From Deltaproteobacteria bacterium (GTDB lineage: Bacteria; Lernaellota; Lernaellaia; JACKCT01): a DNA stretch of 64,000 nucleotides. Location: the NCBI GenBank assembly GCA_020633895.1, contig JACKCT010000001.1:462130-526129 (forward strand), given 5' to 3'. Positions 16,410 to 26,388 of this stretch are shown piece by piece. The position numbers were made by a program, and so were the translations under genes. The notes below the pieces were generated by a model that did no database searches, was not told the origin of the DNA, and saw only the letters and a program-made list of their open reading frames with translations. The stretch's first letter is position 1. Each line of letters begins with the position of its first letter.

Positions 16410-18221
16410 TCACAAAGAATCCACGACTTCCAAAATGTCCGCCGCGACAAGCAATCCCGAGATGTTGTGCTGGTTGTAATCGATGCGCGTGAAGCTGCGC
16501 AGGGGGTTATGGCGGAAGACGCCCAGGGCCCGCTCCGGGTTGGGGTAGAGATGCACAAACTCGGGGCGGATCATGCATCCGATCTGGTAACGCGCCGCCC
16601 TTTTGATACCGTCGGCCAGGCGGGTCATCCGTTCCTTGTCGCCAATACGCTGGGCGACGAGCCACGCGGCGGTGATGCCTTCGCTGCGCGATCCCGCGGG
16701 GGTGACGGCCGGCGGCGCGGGGAAGTACCCGCCGTGGTAGTCGCGCTGAGGGTACACGTCGATCCACTGGTCGGAAAGCATGCCCTCGGCGATTTTGAAG
16801 GCGTAGTCGGCGTATTCGGGCTTGGGCGAGACCTGGTGCAATTCCTCCAAGGCCAGCGCCAGCCACGCGTCCGGCGGCACGTTCCATTCCACGCCGAGCA
16901 TCCGCCAACGCTCGCCGACCAGGTAATCCGCCGCCTTTTGCACAACCTCCAGGATGTCTTTGCGTTCGGGGTGAATCTGATGATAGCGGATTAGGCCGAC
17001 CATCGCCTCGCCGGGGTAATAGATCGACCGACGCGATTTGTAGCTCAGGCCCGGCGCGTCGTGATAGCTCTCGAAACTGCCGTCCGGGTTTTGCGACAGC
17101 ATGCAGTGGCGCGCCAGACCCTCCATGATGCGCTCGTCCTCCGGCGTCGTTCCCACGGCGTGGTGCTTTTCCACGAACGCCATGAGGGCGAGGCCCGAGC
17201 CGCCCAGCTTGGCCTGACGATGGTCCTCGACGTAGAGACGCCCGTCGTCGCGAGGGTCGGCGCTGATCTTGGATTTGAGATAGCGGATGCCCGCGTCGGC
17301 GGCCTGGACGTATTTGGGGTCGGGGATCTTTCGATAGAGTTGATAGAGGCTGTAGGTCGTCCCCGCGTGACGCAGGATGTTGTAGTCGCGCTTTTCCAGT
17401 TTGTCGGTTTCCGGGTTGTATTCGTAGTACCATCGGCCGTTGGAGCGCTGGATGCGCGCGAGAAAGTCCCCGCCGATGCGGCATGCTTCGCGGATGGCGT
17501 TCGCGTCCAAGTCGTGAATCAGTGTCGAGGCTCGGTAGAGGCGGGCGGGCGCGGCGTCGGGGGCCGTACTGGTATAGCCCTCGTCCAGGAAGCGATGCAG
17601 CCCGCCGCCTTCGTCAATGTCGTCGATTTTCGCGCCGCCGCCCTTGTTCAGGCGCTTCAGGGCGGACGCGTAGCTTAAACCCCGCGCGTGAATCACCGGG
17701 CCGGGCAACGCGACGCACGAGCCGTCCCCGCAGGTCATCAGGCCATGCAGGCCGCGCTGGTAGGTGACGCCGTTTCGCGCCAGATAGTCCACCGACAGCT
17801 CCGACGGCCGCCGGACCAGATGCATACTCAAACCGGCGGGCAAAGCGCCCTGGCTTCGCGACTTGGATCTCAACTTGCCCGCGAGGGACGCGACCGTCGA
17901 ACGCAGGTCGTCACCCGCCGGTGCGCCGACCATCGTGGGGAAGGACTCGGGTTGGTCCTTGCTGTAGGCCGCCAGAACGACCGCCGCCACGTCGTCCGGG
18001 GTCGCGACCGAGCCGGAAGCGTCGTCCTTGTCGCCCAACACCGCCCAAGCCGTGTTCATCAGACGCGCCGCGTCCTGATCCGTGATCGACGGCGTCCACG
18101 CCGCGTCCGACCGGCCCCACCACACTTCGTGGAAGCTCAGCGAGAGAAACACGCCGAACACCAGCACCGCCGCCAGGCCCGACCCGGCGAATCGTCCGAT
18201 TTTCCTCAACCAAGGTGTCAA
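16410..18221 (-). CDS. membrane-anchored alpha/alpha-toroid-like protein with QW-type motifs (terpenoid cyclase/prenyltransferase-like or six-hairpin glycosidase-like); function unknown
   Basis: 603 aa; N-terminal TM helix (IGRFAGSGLAAVLVFGVFLSLSF); QxxxGxW-like motifs (IQRSNGRW, LSQNPDGSF, SDQW); start codon uncertain (non-ATG in ORF track). Confidence 0.45.
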   Translation of the reverse strand: MTPWLRKIGRFAGSGLAAVLVFGVFLSLSFHEVWWGRSDAAWTPSITDQDAARLMNTAWAVLGDKDDASGSVATPDDVAAVVLAAYSKDQPESFPTMVGAPAGDDLRSTVASLAGKLRSKSRSQGALPAGLSMHLVRRPSELSVDYLARNGVTYQRGLHGLMTCGDGSCVALPGPVIHARGLSYASALKRLNKGGGAKIDDIDEGGGLHRFLDEGYTSTAPDAAPARLYRASTLIHDLDANAIREACRIGGDFLARIQRSNGRWYYEYNPETDKLEKRDYNILRHAGTTYSLYQLYRKIPDPKYVQAADAGIRYLKSKISADPRDDGRLYVEDHRQAKLGGSGLALMAFVEKHHAVGTTPEDERIMEGLARHCMLSQNPDGSFESYHDAPGLSYKSRRSIYYPGEAMVGLIRYHQIHPERKDILEVVQKAADYLVGERWRMLGVEWNVPPDAWLALALEELHQVSPKPEYADYAFKIAEGMLSDQWIDVYPQRDYHGGYFPAPPAVTPAGSRSEGITAAWLVAQRIGDKERMTRLADGIKRAARYQIGCMIRPEFVHLYPNPERALGVFRHNPLRSFTRIDYNQHNISGLLVAADILEVVDSL

Positions 18222-21142
18222 AAGAAGGACCCCGTCCCGATGTAATAGCTATTCGGATCCTCGCGATCCGGCGCGTGGGCAAAGATAAATCGAATGCTGA
18301 AACTCGAATAGTAGGCGAATCGGATGGACTGGGACAATTCGAAGCCGTAGGACTCGTAGAGTTCGTCCGGATTGTCCTCGGTCAGATCGCCGCGCCACGC
18401 CGTACCCGCGGACGCGAACAGCGCACCGGAGAGGGTGTCGAAAAAGATCGGCCCGGTACCCAGGCCGGTCTGCTGGTACCAGATCGGCGTGTGGTAGTCG
18501 ACGGAGCCGACGACCGCCCGCTCGCCGCCGATGTCCCCCGACTCGTAGCCGCGCAGCCGGAAGCGATTGGTCGACGTCTCGGCCGTCAGATCGCCCTGCG
18601 TGAAACCGCCCAGGCGGAAGGTGTTGCGTCGGTAGAGACGGTCGCCTTGGGATGCGCCGCCGTAGAGGCTCAATTCGATGGAATTCTGATACCACGGCAG
18701 ACCGATAAACTGACGCGCGCTCGCGATACCGGCCATCACGTCGTAGTCCGAGCCGAAAATGTGGTTGTCGAAAGCGGCGGTGAAGGTGTAGATCCCGCCG
18801 CTCATGGGCGCGATGGACCGGGCATAGCCTTCGATATTGGAAAAGCTGAATCCCACGCGCGGCCCGATCTGCCAGCCCGTATCCGGCGTCCGGTTGATCG
18901 GCTCGTCGGACAGTTCGATGAAGTCGTCGTAGTGCTCGACCAGGAAGTTGGCGAAGACGCCGAAATCCTCGGTGAAAGCGTAGGACGCTCCGAGCGCCGC
19001 CGCGTCGCGAACGAGGAAGAAGGGGTGCTTTTCGCCGTTCTCGTCTTCCGCGAAATCGCCGTAGTTCAAACCCGTGTGGGCGGCGGAAACGCGAATCGTC
19101 GGCCGCCAGACATCGTACGCGTACGTCGCCGAGATGTTGGGGAAATCGCGGCGGAAGTCGTGGACGTAGGCCAGGGCCCATGAGTGCCTTCGCAAGGTGT
19201 CGCTGCCGTAGATGGAGAAGCCCAGGCGCGCGGCCTTGCCGTCGGAAATGTCCGAGTAAGAAAACAGGGGCGTCCACGACGACGGCAGGATGCTGGTGCC
19301 GACGGAGTAATCCTCCGGCGTCACGTCCAGCGCGTCGGCGCGACGTTGATAGTCCCGGCTGATCGGGCCGACGAGGATTTCGTCGCGGTCAATCGCCTCC
19401 ATGGGCCACTGGCGCCAAAGGCCGTCGGTGAGCGGCATCAGGTGAGCGTCGAATCCCTTGGACGAATAGCGGATGAAGGCAAGCTGCTTACCGTCGGGCG
19501 AAATCGCCGGGTCGAACGCGCCGCTGTAAACGTTCGTCACCTGATGGAGTTTTCTCGTCTTCAAGTCGAGGGCGTAGATATTGTCGATGCCCGATCGGTC
19601 GGAAACGAAGAACAGCGTTCGCCCGTCCGGCGAGAATTCGGCGTCCAGGTCGCGACCTCGCCAAGCGGTGACGCGCTCGAAAGTGTCGTCGGCGGGGCGG
19701 TAAAAAAAGATGTCCCGATTGCCGTCGTCGTGCATGATCGACATGGCGATCACATCCCCGTCCGGCGAGAAGGCGGGGCGGCTGATCTGCGTCATGCGGG
19801 GAAGGCGGTCGTAGTCGAAGATCGGCGTCATCGCGCCGCCCGGCAGATCGACCTTGACCAATCGGTGCAGCCCCAACTCCTGCTGCACGGCGACGACGTA
19901 GCGCCCCGAGGGGTGCATCGCCGGGTCGCGCAAACGTGCGCCTTGCGTGAGTTGCACCTCTGCGTCGTCCTCGGATCGGAACCACAGATCGTTGTACGCG
20001 GTCCACGGATCTTCGCTGTCGAGCGCGGCGAAAACGATGCCGTGGCCATCGGGCAAGGGGGCGAGGCCGGCGAGGGCTTCGGTGCGTTGCACGGTTTGAT
20101 GTTTGCCGTCGGGCAGGGCAATGCCCAGGATGCGGGGCTTTCGGACGCTGGTGCGTTCCTCGACGATCAGCGTGTCGTTGTCCAGCCAGCGCGGCCGGCG
20201 ATAGGCCACGCCGAGCTTGGTGAGCTTGCGCCCCGGCGTCAAACCCACGAGACGCAGCCGCTCGAGAATGGCGTCGCCCTGAGCCTCTTCGAAATAGCGG
20301 AATTCGTCCCACAGCGCCGTCATTTTTTTGCCGAAGATTTTCTTCGCGTTGTGATTGGCGGTGAACGGCCAGATCTGTCCCGAATGTTTTTTCGAGACCT
20401 TGCCCCAGCCGTCGGCGCCGTAGTGCGCGGCGACATAGGCGTGGAATCGCCCGCCGAAGATGTACGGGATCGCGCCGGAGGGCCAGTCGCGGATGGACGT
20501 CGCGGCTTCGTCGATCGTCGGGAATTGCCGCTCGATGGCCGAGGTGCGCAGGTACATGTCGGACGTGACCGTCGCATTGCGCCCGCGCGTGGTCAGATCG
20601 CTTTCCTGAAAAACCGCCAGGCCCTCGATCATGTAGATGGGCTGGAGATGGTTGAAGAAAAGATTGCGTCCGAAGAGGTAGCGATAGTATTTCGGGATCG
20701 CGCGCACCGCGTCGATATGCACCGTGTGCGTGAGTTCGTGATAGAGCAGCAGGCGCAGCCAGTCGTCGTAGGCGTCCAGGCGGTCGTCGCTGTTGGGCAC
20801 GGCCAGAAAGATGTGCACCGAGTTCCAGGGTTGGGGCGACGAAAAGCCGTTGGAGTCGTCGGTCTGGTCAGAGATGACGATGCGCACCACGCCACGGGGT
20901 GTCCACATCAGGCGGGCGGTGAGGATCGGCCAGACTTCCTCGGCGATGACGGCGACCTTGCGGGCGTAAAAGTCCGCGCCCTCGTGGTAGACGACCTCGA
21001 AATTATCCGTGCGGATTTGTCGCCAGTCATGGCCCGCTTCATACAGATTCGCGCCCCGCGCTTCGGTCGCGAAAAGGACGGCGACAGCCAAGAAAAAAAC
21101 GACGGGCCAAGAGCGCAAAATTCTGCTCCAACGCAATGCCAT
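18218..21142 (-). CDS. secreted 974-aa protein: N-terminal HExxH metallopeptidase-like region + TolB-like WD40 beta-propeller repeats + C-terminal beta-barrel-like domain ending in Phe
   Basis: Signal peptide after ATG at 21142; LLYHELTHTVHID HExxH motif; multiple TolB-type blades (SPDGKQLAFIRYS, FSPDGRTLFFVSDRSG, FSPDGDVIAMS); C-terminus ...YYIGTGSFF (aromatic terminal residue typical of OM beta-barrels). Confidence 0.55.
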   Translation of the reverse strand: MALRWSRILRSWPVVFFLAVAVLFATEARGANLYEAGHDWRQIRTDNFEVVYHEGADFYARKVAVIAEEVWPILTARLMWTPRGVVRIVISDQTDDSNGFSSPQPWNSVHIFLAVPNSDDRLDAYDDWLRLLLYHELTHTVHIDAVRAIPKYYRYLFGRNLFFNHLQPIYMIEGLAVFQESDLTTRGRNATVTSDMYLRTSAIERQFPTIDEAATSIRDWPSGAIPYIFGGRFHAYVAAHYGADGWGKVSKKHSGQIWPFTANHNAKKIFGKKMTALWDEFRYFEEAQGDAILERLRLVGLTPGRKLTKLGVAYRRPRWLDNDTLIVEERTSVRKPRILGIALPDGKHQTVQRTEALAGLAPLPDGHGIVFAALDSEDPWTAYNDLWFRSEDDAEVQLTQGARLRDPAMHPSGRYVVAVQQELGLHRLVKVDLPGGAMTPIFDYDRLPRMTQISRPAFSPDGDVIAMSIMHDDGNRDIFFYRPADDTFERVTAWRGRDLDAEFSPDGRTLFFVSDRSGIDNIYALDLKTRKLHQVTNVYSGAFDPAISPDGKQLAFIRYSSKGFDAHLMPLTDGLWRQWPMEAIDRDEILVGPISRDYQRRADALDVTPEDYSVGTSILPSSWTPLFSYSDISDGKAARLGFSIYGSDTLRRHSWALAYVHDFRRDFPNISATYAYDVWRPTIRVSAAHTGLNYGDFAEDENGEKHPFFLVRDAAALGASYAFTEDFGVFANFLVEHYDDFIELSDEPINRTPDTGWQIGPRVGFSFSNIEGYARSIAPMSGGIYTFTAAFDNHIFGSDYDVMAGIASARQFIGLPWYQNSIELSLYGGASQGDRLYRRNTFRLGGFTQGDLTAETSTNRFRLRGYESGDIGGERAVVGSVDYHTPIWYQQTGLGTGPIFFDTLSGALFASAGTAWRGDLTEDNPDELYESYGFELSQSIRFAYYSSFSIRFIFAHAPDREDPNSYYIGTGSFF

Positions 21143-21261
21143 GCCAACGCTCTACTTTAGCCAACCCCCGCGTCCCTGCAACGGGCTGGGCTACAATTTG
21201 TCGTCCGACGCTTGATCGGCGGCGACCCAGCGTTTAGCTTGCCCGAAACGCGGGAGCATCA

Positions 21262-21957
21262 ATGGCTTTTTTCGCCCTGGCCGACTTGCATCTGGGATTT
21301 TCCGTCGACAAACCGATGGACATTTTCGGCGACCAATGGATCGATCATCCGGCGAAGATCGAGGCCGGGTGGCGCGCGACGGTCGGCGAGGACGACGTGG
21401 TGCTGCTGGCCGGCGATATCTCGTGGGGGATGACGCTCGAGGAGGCGGCGGCCGATCTGGATTTCATTCACCGCTTACCCGGCCGCAAAATCATGATCCG
21501 AGGCAACCACGACTATTGGTGGTCGTCGGCCAACAAAGTGCGCCGGGCGCTGCCGCCGTCGATTCGGATTGTGCATCATGACTATGTGGTCGTGGACGAT
21601 TTTGTCGTCGCGGGAACGCGCGGCTGGAACATCCCCGTTCCCGAAATCTGCGACGACGACGTGGAAGCGGACGCGAAGATTTTCGAGCGGGAGCGCGGGC
21701 GTCTGGAATTGGCGTTTCGCGGCATCCCGAAGGACAAGCCGCTCATCGCCATGATGCACTACCCGCCGTTCTTTTCCGACATCGATCACGTCGGCTACAC
21801 CGACATCCTGGAGGCGGCCGGCGCCCGTATGGTCGTCTACGGCCATCTGCACGGCGAGGATCACGCGCTGGCGTTCAACGGCGTTCGCCACGGGGTTCGC
21901 TACGTATTCTGCGCGGCGGACGGGGTGGATTTTACGCCGGTGCGGTTGGAGGTTTGA
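21262..21957 (+). CDS. metallophosphoesterase (calcineurin-like phosphoesterase family)
   Basis: ALADLHLG ... GDISWG ... GNHDYWW motifs characteristic of the calcineurin-like fold. Confidence 0.8.
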   Translation: MAFFALADLHLGFSVDKPMDIFGDQWIDHPAKIEAGWRATVGEDDVVLLAGDISWGMTLEEAAADLDFIHRLPGRKIMIRGNHDYWWSSANKVRRALPPSIRIVHHDYVVVDDFVVAGTRGWNIPVPEICDDDVEADAKIFERERGRLELAFRGIPKDKPLIAMMHYPPFFSDIDHVGYTDILEAAGARMVVYGHLHGEDHALAFNGVRHGVRYVFCAADGVDFTPVRLEV

Positions 21958-21968
21958 TCTTGCTGTCG

Positions 21969-22067
21969 TTCAGAGCCCCGACCGGTAGGGACGGGTCTAC
22001 GCCAACCGGGCACGCCACGTTCGTGCAGAGGCGGACCGGACCGCTTACTACCGTGCGCGGCTCTGAA
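21969..22067. repeat. REP-like palindromic repeat, family A (long variant)
   Basis: TTCAGAGCCCCGACCGGTAGGGACGGG...CCAACCGGGCACG...CGTGCGCGGCTCTGAA, lying between convergent ends of the phosphoesterase and purF. Confidence 0.45.
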
Positions 22068-22084
22068 GGAGCGGAATTATGGTT

Positions 22085-23578
22085 CTAACAGGCGCTTTCA
22101 ATCGCCAGTGAATCGTCCCGCTCCCGACGGCGGTGTTCGACGCGGCGGACCGCTTCGGTCACGTCGGTGGGGTATCGGCGCGTCAGGCACGCCATACACA
22201 GCCGGTCCTTGGACAGTTCCAGTCCGCGCATCAGGCCTTCGTGGGAGACGAAATAGGTTCCGTCCGAGCCCATGATCTCGGCAATCTGTTCGGGCGTGCG
22301 TTCGTGGGCGATGAGCTTGGTTTCGTCGGGCGTGTCGATGCCGTAGAAGCACGGCCCGATGATCGGCGGTGTATAAAAAAGGAAGTAGACTTCCTTCGCG
22401 CCCAATTCCCGTAGGCGGGCGACGATCTTTGTCGCCGTCGTGCCTCGGACGATGGAATCGTCGACGATGGCGATGCGTTTTCCCTCGATAAAATCCCGGA
22501 TGAAAATGAACTTGTCGTCAATCGCTTTTTTGCGCTTTTCGTCGCTGGTTTCCAGGAAGCTGCGTTTATTGCCGACCTTGATGATCGCCTGGCGATAGGG
22601 CAGCCCGAGCGCTTCGGCGAAGGCGACACCGGTGGAGATAGCCGTGCCCGGCAGACCGCAGACGACGTCGAATTGATTTTTCAGGTGGACGAATTCTTCG
22701 GCGAGGATATTGCCCAGGCGCTGGCGGACGACCTCGACATAGCGCTGATGGAAATTCGAATCCGGGCGGGCGAAGTAGTTGTACTCGAAAAAGCAGAATG
22801 CCTCCGGCCGATCAGTCAGCACCCGGCGATGAGGCGTATCCAGGCTGTCCTTGGCGATGAACACCGCCTCGCCGGGACGCAGTTCGGTGATGCCCTTGTA
22901 GTCACCGAAGTAGTTGAAGACCGAGGACTCGGACGAGAACGCCCACTCGATGATATTGCCGTCCTCGTCCTCCCGATGGGCCATGCACAGCGGCCGGATG
23001 CCGTTGGGATCCTTGAAGGCCAGCAGGCCGTGCTCCAGCAGGCAGAGCGTCGAATACGCGCCGACCACTTCGTCCATCGTCGCGGCGACCGAGTCGAACA
23101 GATGGTCGACGAACGCGCCGTTACGGTCCGTCGTATAGAACTCGCGCTCGATGAGGTGCTGGATGATCAGGGCTTGGATGATCTTGGCGTCGACCTGCGT
23201 CTGGAAGGCGAATCCGAGCTTTCGCAGTTTGTCGGCCAGGGAGTAGATGTTGACCAGATCGCCGTTGTTGCAGGTGGCCATGCCGGGTCGATCGGAGAGG
23301 ACGGGCTGCGTGTTGCGCAGCAGGGACGAACCGTCCGTATGGCCGACGGTGGCGTAGCGGGTGTGGGCGATGCCCATGGCGCCGGGCAGTTCGCTGGTGG
23401 CGTCGTGTTCGAAGAACTGGAGGGAAGGGGGCTTGAGCCCGCCGGCGGCATGGAAAAACAGGCCGTCATGGGTGACAACCTTGACCGAGCGCTCGCCCCG
23501 ATTTTGGAGACGCATGGTTCCCGAGACCAGTCGCGAGGCGACCGGCTCATTGCCAATCATCCCTAATATTCCGCACAT
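22085..23578 (-). CDS. purF: amidophosphoribosyltransferase
   Basis: Starts MCGILGMIG (N-terminal nucleophile Cys after Met); PRPP-binding IAIVDDSIVRGTT; C-terminal cysteines for the Fe-S cluster; the ORF-track upstream extension is rejected. Confidence 0.9.
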   Translation of the reverse strand: MCGILGMIGNEPVASRLVSGTMRLQNRGERSVKVVTHDGLFFHAAGGLKPPSLQFFEHDATSELPGAMGIAHTRYATVGHTDGSSLLRNTQPVLSDRPGMATCNNGDLVNIYSLADKLRKLGFAFQTQVDAKIIQALIIQHLIEREFYTTDRNGAFVDHLFDSVAATMDEVVGAYSTLCLLEHGLLAFKDPNGIRPLCMAHREDEDGNIIEWAFSSESSVFNYFGDYKGITELRPGEAVFIAKDSLDTPHRRVLTDRPEAFCFFEYNYFARPDSNFHQRYVEVVRQRLGNILAEEFVHLKNQFDVVCGLPGTAISTGVAFAEALGLPYRQAIIKVGNKRSFLETSDEKRKKAIDDKFIFIRDFIEGKRIAIVDDSIVRGTTATKIVARLRELGAKEVYFLFYTPPIIGPCFYGIDTPDETKLIAHERTPEQIAEIMGSDGTYFVSHEGLMRGLELSKDRLCMACLTRRYPTDVTEAVRRVEHRRRERDDSLAIESAC

Positions 23579-23660
23579 ATCCTCGCCTTTGGGACGCCGC
23601 GGCCCGGTGCCGAACCCTGGAAGGGAACCTACCTGACGCGGTGCGTCTTGTAAAGCGAGG

Positions 23661-24599
23661 TTGTTCACTTTTGCGCCGTCTTTTGACAAGATACGCGCCA
23701 CGAATCCAACCCTGAAACGTGCGAGGCTGATATTGCGTCATTGGATTTTGCCCAAGTGCTCTTTTCGATTTTCTGCTCGTTCGATTTTTGCGCTGCTCCT
23801 GATCGCGATTCTGCTCCCCCTCGGTGAGGCCGCCGCCAAGGACGACGCGCCGTTTGAGGCCAACTACGCGATTTATCAAGAGGTTCTCGACGCCGTGGTC
23901 AAGGACGGCCGCGTGAACTATTCCCAGCTCAAGCTGGACCGGGAAAAGCTCGACCAATTCGTCGAGGCGATCGGCGACGTGAAGGAAAAGGACTACAACA
24001 CTTGGGCATTGGACCGGAAGCGCGCCTTCTGGATCAACGCCTACAACGCATTCGTGCTGACCGTCGTGATCGACAACTACCCGATCAACAATGTGAAATC
24101 GTTGCAGTATCCGTCCAACTCGCCCAAGACCATCGAGGGGGCATGGACGGATGTGGAATTCGATTCGCCGATGGACGACGTCACCTTGAGCCGCATCGAG
24201 CACGGCATCCTGCCCAAGCTCGGCAACCCGTACACCATCTTCGGCCTGTGCAACGGCACCAAGGGTTCGCCCGAGCTTTCCGGTCAGGTCTATCGGCCCG
24301 AGACCATTGACGCCCAACTCGAGACCGCGGCGACGAAATTCCTCGGTGACGAGAAGAACCTGAGCTTGTCCGAGGACGGCGGGACGTTGATGATCAGCGA
24401 GGAGATGCGCACCGCCTCCCGCACCTTCGTGTCGCGATTCTACAAGTCCAATCAATACGCCCGCCGCGACAAATACGAGGTGGCGTTGATGAACCTGATC
24501 CTCAAGCACACCGGCGACAAATACCAGGACGTGATCACGAAGAACCATTTCAACATCAAATGGGTCGAGCGGGATTGGTCGCTGAACGACGTTCTTTAA
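23661..24599 (+). CDS. DUF547 domain-containing secreted protein
   Basis: Signal-peptide-like N-terminus (SIFALLLIAILLPLGEAAA); FWINAYNAFVL motif typical of DUF547; start codon uncertain (TTG in ORF track). Confidence 0.65.
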   Translation: MFTFAPSFDKIRATNPTLKRARLILRHWILPKCSFRFSARSIFALLLIAILLPLGEAAAKDDAPFEANYAIYQEVLDAVVKDGRVNYSQLKLDREKLDQFVEAIGDVKEKDYNTWALDRKRAFWINAYNAFVLTVVIDNYPINNVKSLQYPSNSPKTIEGAWTDVEFDSPMDDVTLSRIEHGILPKLGNPYTIFGLCNGTKGSPELSGQVYRPETIDAQLETAATKFLGDEKNLSLSEDGGTLMISEEMRTASRTFVSRFYKSNQYARRDKYEVALMNLILKHTGDKYQDVITKNHFNIKWVERDWSLNDVL

Positions 24600-24694
24600 C
24601 AGCCAACTTTAAGATCACCGCACATCGATGCGTGCCGAGCGCGTTCGCCGAAGGGGCGTGACGCCCTTCGTTCGCGCCAAGGGAAGGACCGGCC

Positions 24695-25858
24695 ATGTTG
24701 AACTTTGATTTGACCGAACAGCAGAACATCCTGCGGGATCAGATCCGCAATTTCGCCGAAAAAGAGATCCGCCCCGTCGCCGAGGAATTGGATCGCACCG
24801 AGACCTTTTCCGTCGACCTGACGCGCAAGATGGCCGACCTGGGCCTGTTCGGCATGTTCGTTTCCGAGGAATACGGCGGCGCGGGGATGGACTACATCAG
24901 CTACATCATCGCGGTGGAGGAACTCTCCCGCGTCGACGCCTCCCAGGCCGCGACGGTAGCCGCAGGAAACTCGCTGGGCATTGGGTTGATCTACTATTTC
25001 GGCACCGAGGAGCAGAAGCGCGAATGGCTGCCCCGCCTATGCCGAGGCGAGATCCTGGCCAGCTTCGGCCTGACCGAACCCAACGCCGGTTCCGACGCCT
25101 CGGCCAGCAAGACCCGCGCGGTCCAGGACGGCGACCATTGGGTCATCAACGGCTCCAAGATCTTCATCACCAACAGCGCCTCCGAGATCGCGGGGGTGTG
25201 CATCGTGCAGGCCGTGACCGGCAAGGCGGACAACGGCAAGCCGGAGATTTCCTGCTTCATCGTTCCCCGCGACACGCCCGGTTTCACCGCCAAGGCCATG
25301 CACAACAAGATGATGTGGCGCGCCTCGGACACCGGCGAATTGACGTTCGAGGATGTGCGCGTGCCGGCGACAAGCATGCTCGGCCACCAGGGCAACGGCT
25401 TCAAGCAGATGATGCAGACCCTGGACGGCGGGCGGCTGTCCATCGGCGCGATGGGCTTGGGCGGCGCTCAGGGAGCCTACGAGGAAGCGCTCAAGTACGC
25501 CCAGGAGCGCACGCAGTTCGGCAAGAGCATCGGCGATTTTCAGGTCAACGCCTTCAAGTTGGCGGATATGGCGATGGAGATCGAGATGGCGCGGCTGCTG
25601 CTCTACAAGGCCACGTGGCTGCGTGACCACCACCGCTCCTTCGGCAAGGAAGCGGCCATGGCCAAGCTCTATTGCTCGGAGGTCATGCGGCGCGTGACGC
25701 ACTCGGCGGTGCAACTCCACGGCGGTTACGGCCTGATGCAGGAATTCCCGGTCGAGCGTTTCTATCGCGACCAGCGCCTGCTCGAAATCGGCGAAGGCAC
25801 CAGCGAGGTGCAGCGCATCGTCATCGCGCGGCATCTGGGGTTGAAGCCGATTTTCTAG
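24695..25858 (+). CDS. acyl-CoA dehydrogenase (short/branched-chain type)
   Basis: 387 aa, typical ACAD layout: GLFGMFVSEEYGGAGMDY, FGLTEPNAGSDA, C-terminal YRDQRLLEIGEGTSEVQR catalytic-base region. Confidence 0.9.
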   Translation: MLNFDLTEQQNILRDQIRNFAEKEIRPVAEELDRTETFSVDLTRKMADLGLFGMFVSEEYGGAGMDYISYIIAVEELSRVDASQAATVAAGNSLGIGLIYYFGTEEQKREWLPRLCRGEILASFGLTEPNAGSDASASKTRAVQDGDHWVINGSKIFITNSASEIAGVCIVQAVTGKADNGKPEISCFIVPRDTPGFTAKAMHNKMMWRASDTGELTFEDVRVPATSMLGHQGNGFKQMMQTLDGGRLSIGAMGLGGAQGAYEEALKYAQERTQFGKSIGDFQVNAFKLADMAMEIEMARLLLYKATWLRDHHRSFGKEAAMAKLYCSEVMRRVTHSAVQLHGGYGLMQEFPVERFYRDQRLLEIGEGTSEVQRIVIARHLGLKPIF

Positions 25859-25873
25859 CCGCGTAGTCGCGGC

Positions 25874-25913
25874 GGACTAACGGATACCTTCGGTATCCTT
25901 CACGCTGACGCGT
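25874..25913. repeat. stem-loop repeat, family B (GGACTAACGGATACCTTCGGTATCC..CACGCTGACGCG)
   Basis: Perfect hairpin GGATACC-TTC-GGTATCC right after the acyl-CoA dehydrogenase stop; a reverse-orientation copy lies at 51806..51844. Confidence 0.45.
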
Positions 25914-26018
25914 TGTCGAAAGACCCAATGTGGTTGTCGCGTTGCGCTGCTTGGGAATGAACGATGCCGGCCTTGCCGGTAATCTACAGAATAGGTATTT
26001 AGAACGAAGAATAGGAAT

Positions 26019-26046
26019 CGTGTCATCCTGAGCAACGCGAAGGATC
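26019..26046. repeat. left arm of 28-bp perfect inverted repeat flanking the GIY-YIG gene
   Basis: CGTGTCATCCTGAGCAACGCGAAGGATC; exact reverse complement found at 26389..26416. Confidence 0.8.
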
Positions 26047-26342
26047 TAGGTCCAACCTCGTACTCCGCTTAGGTCTTCCCATTCCGGGTTTCGAGATTCA
26101 ATTAATTCAATTTTTTTACGCCGGGTCCAACCCTTGATTTGCTTTTCGCGTGCGATGGCGCGGTCGACATCGGGATAGCGTTCGAAATAAACGAGTTGGT
26201 CGATCTTATATTTGGCCGTAAATCCCTTTTGCGTTCCGGTTTGATGTTCCGCCACACGACGATACACATCATTCGTCACCCCGACATAAAGCGTGCGGGA
26301 GTGATTTGTCATGATGTAGACCCAGTAGGACTTCGAACCCAT
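26046..26342 (-). CDS. GIY-YIG nuclease family protein (small stand-alone type)
   Basis: 98 aa; YWVYIMTNHSRTLYVGVTNDVYRRVAEH GIY-YIG motif; gene fully enclosed by 28-bp inverted repeats. Confidence 0.85.
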   Translation of the reverse strand: MGSKSYWVYIMTNHSRTLYVGVTNDVYRRVAEHQTGTQKGFTAKYKIDQLVYFERYPDVDRAIAREKQIKGWTRRKKIELIESRNPEWEDLSGVRGWT

Positions 26343-26388
26343 GGTCGGACCTTATTTCATCAACGTGCGCTGATCTGTGGTCGATGCC

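Noticed and set aside
19184-21160. 658-aa plus-strand ORF antisense to the TolB-like gene (also 18249..19277 minus alternative frame)
   Set aside because: The minus frame 18218..21142 has a signal peptide, HExxH and TolB blades. The others lack any motif.
22673-23566. 297-aa plus ORF antisense to purF
   Set aside because: purF on the minus strand is unambiguous.
23579-23701. N-terminal 41-aa extension of the purF ORF in the track
   Set aside because: Amidophosphoribosyltransferases begin Met-Cys (the Cys is the N-terminal nucleophile). The true start is MCGILGMIG.
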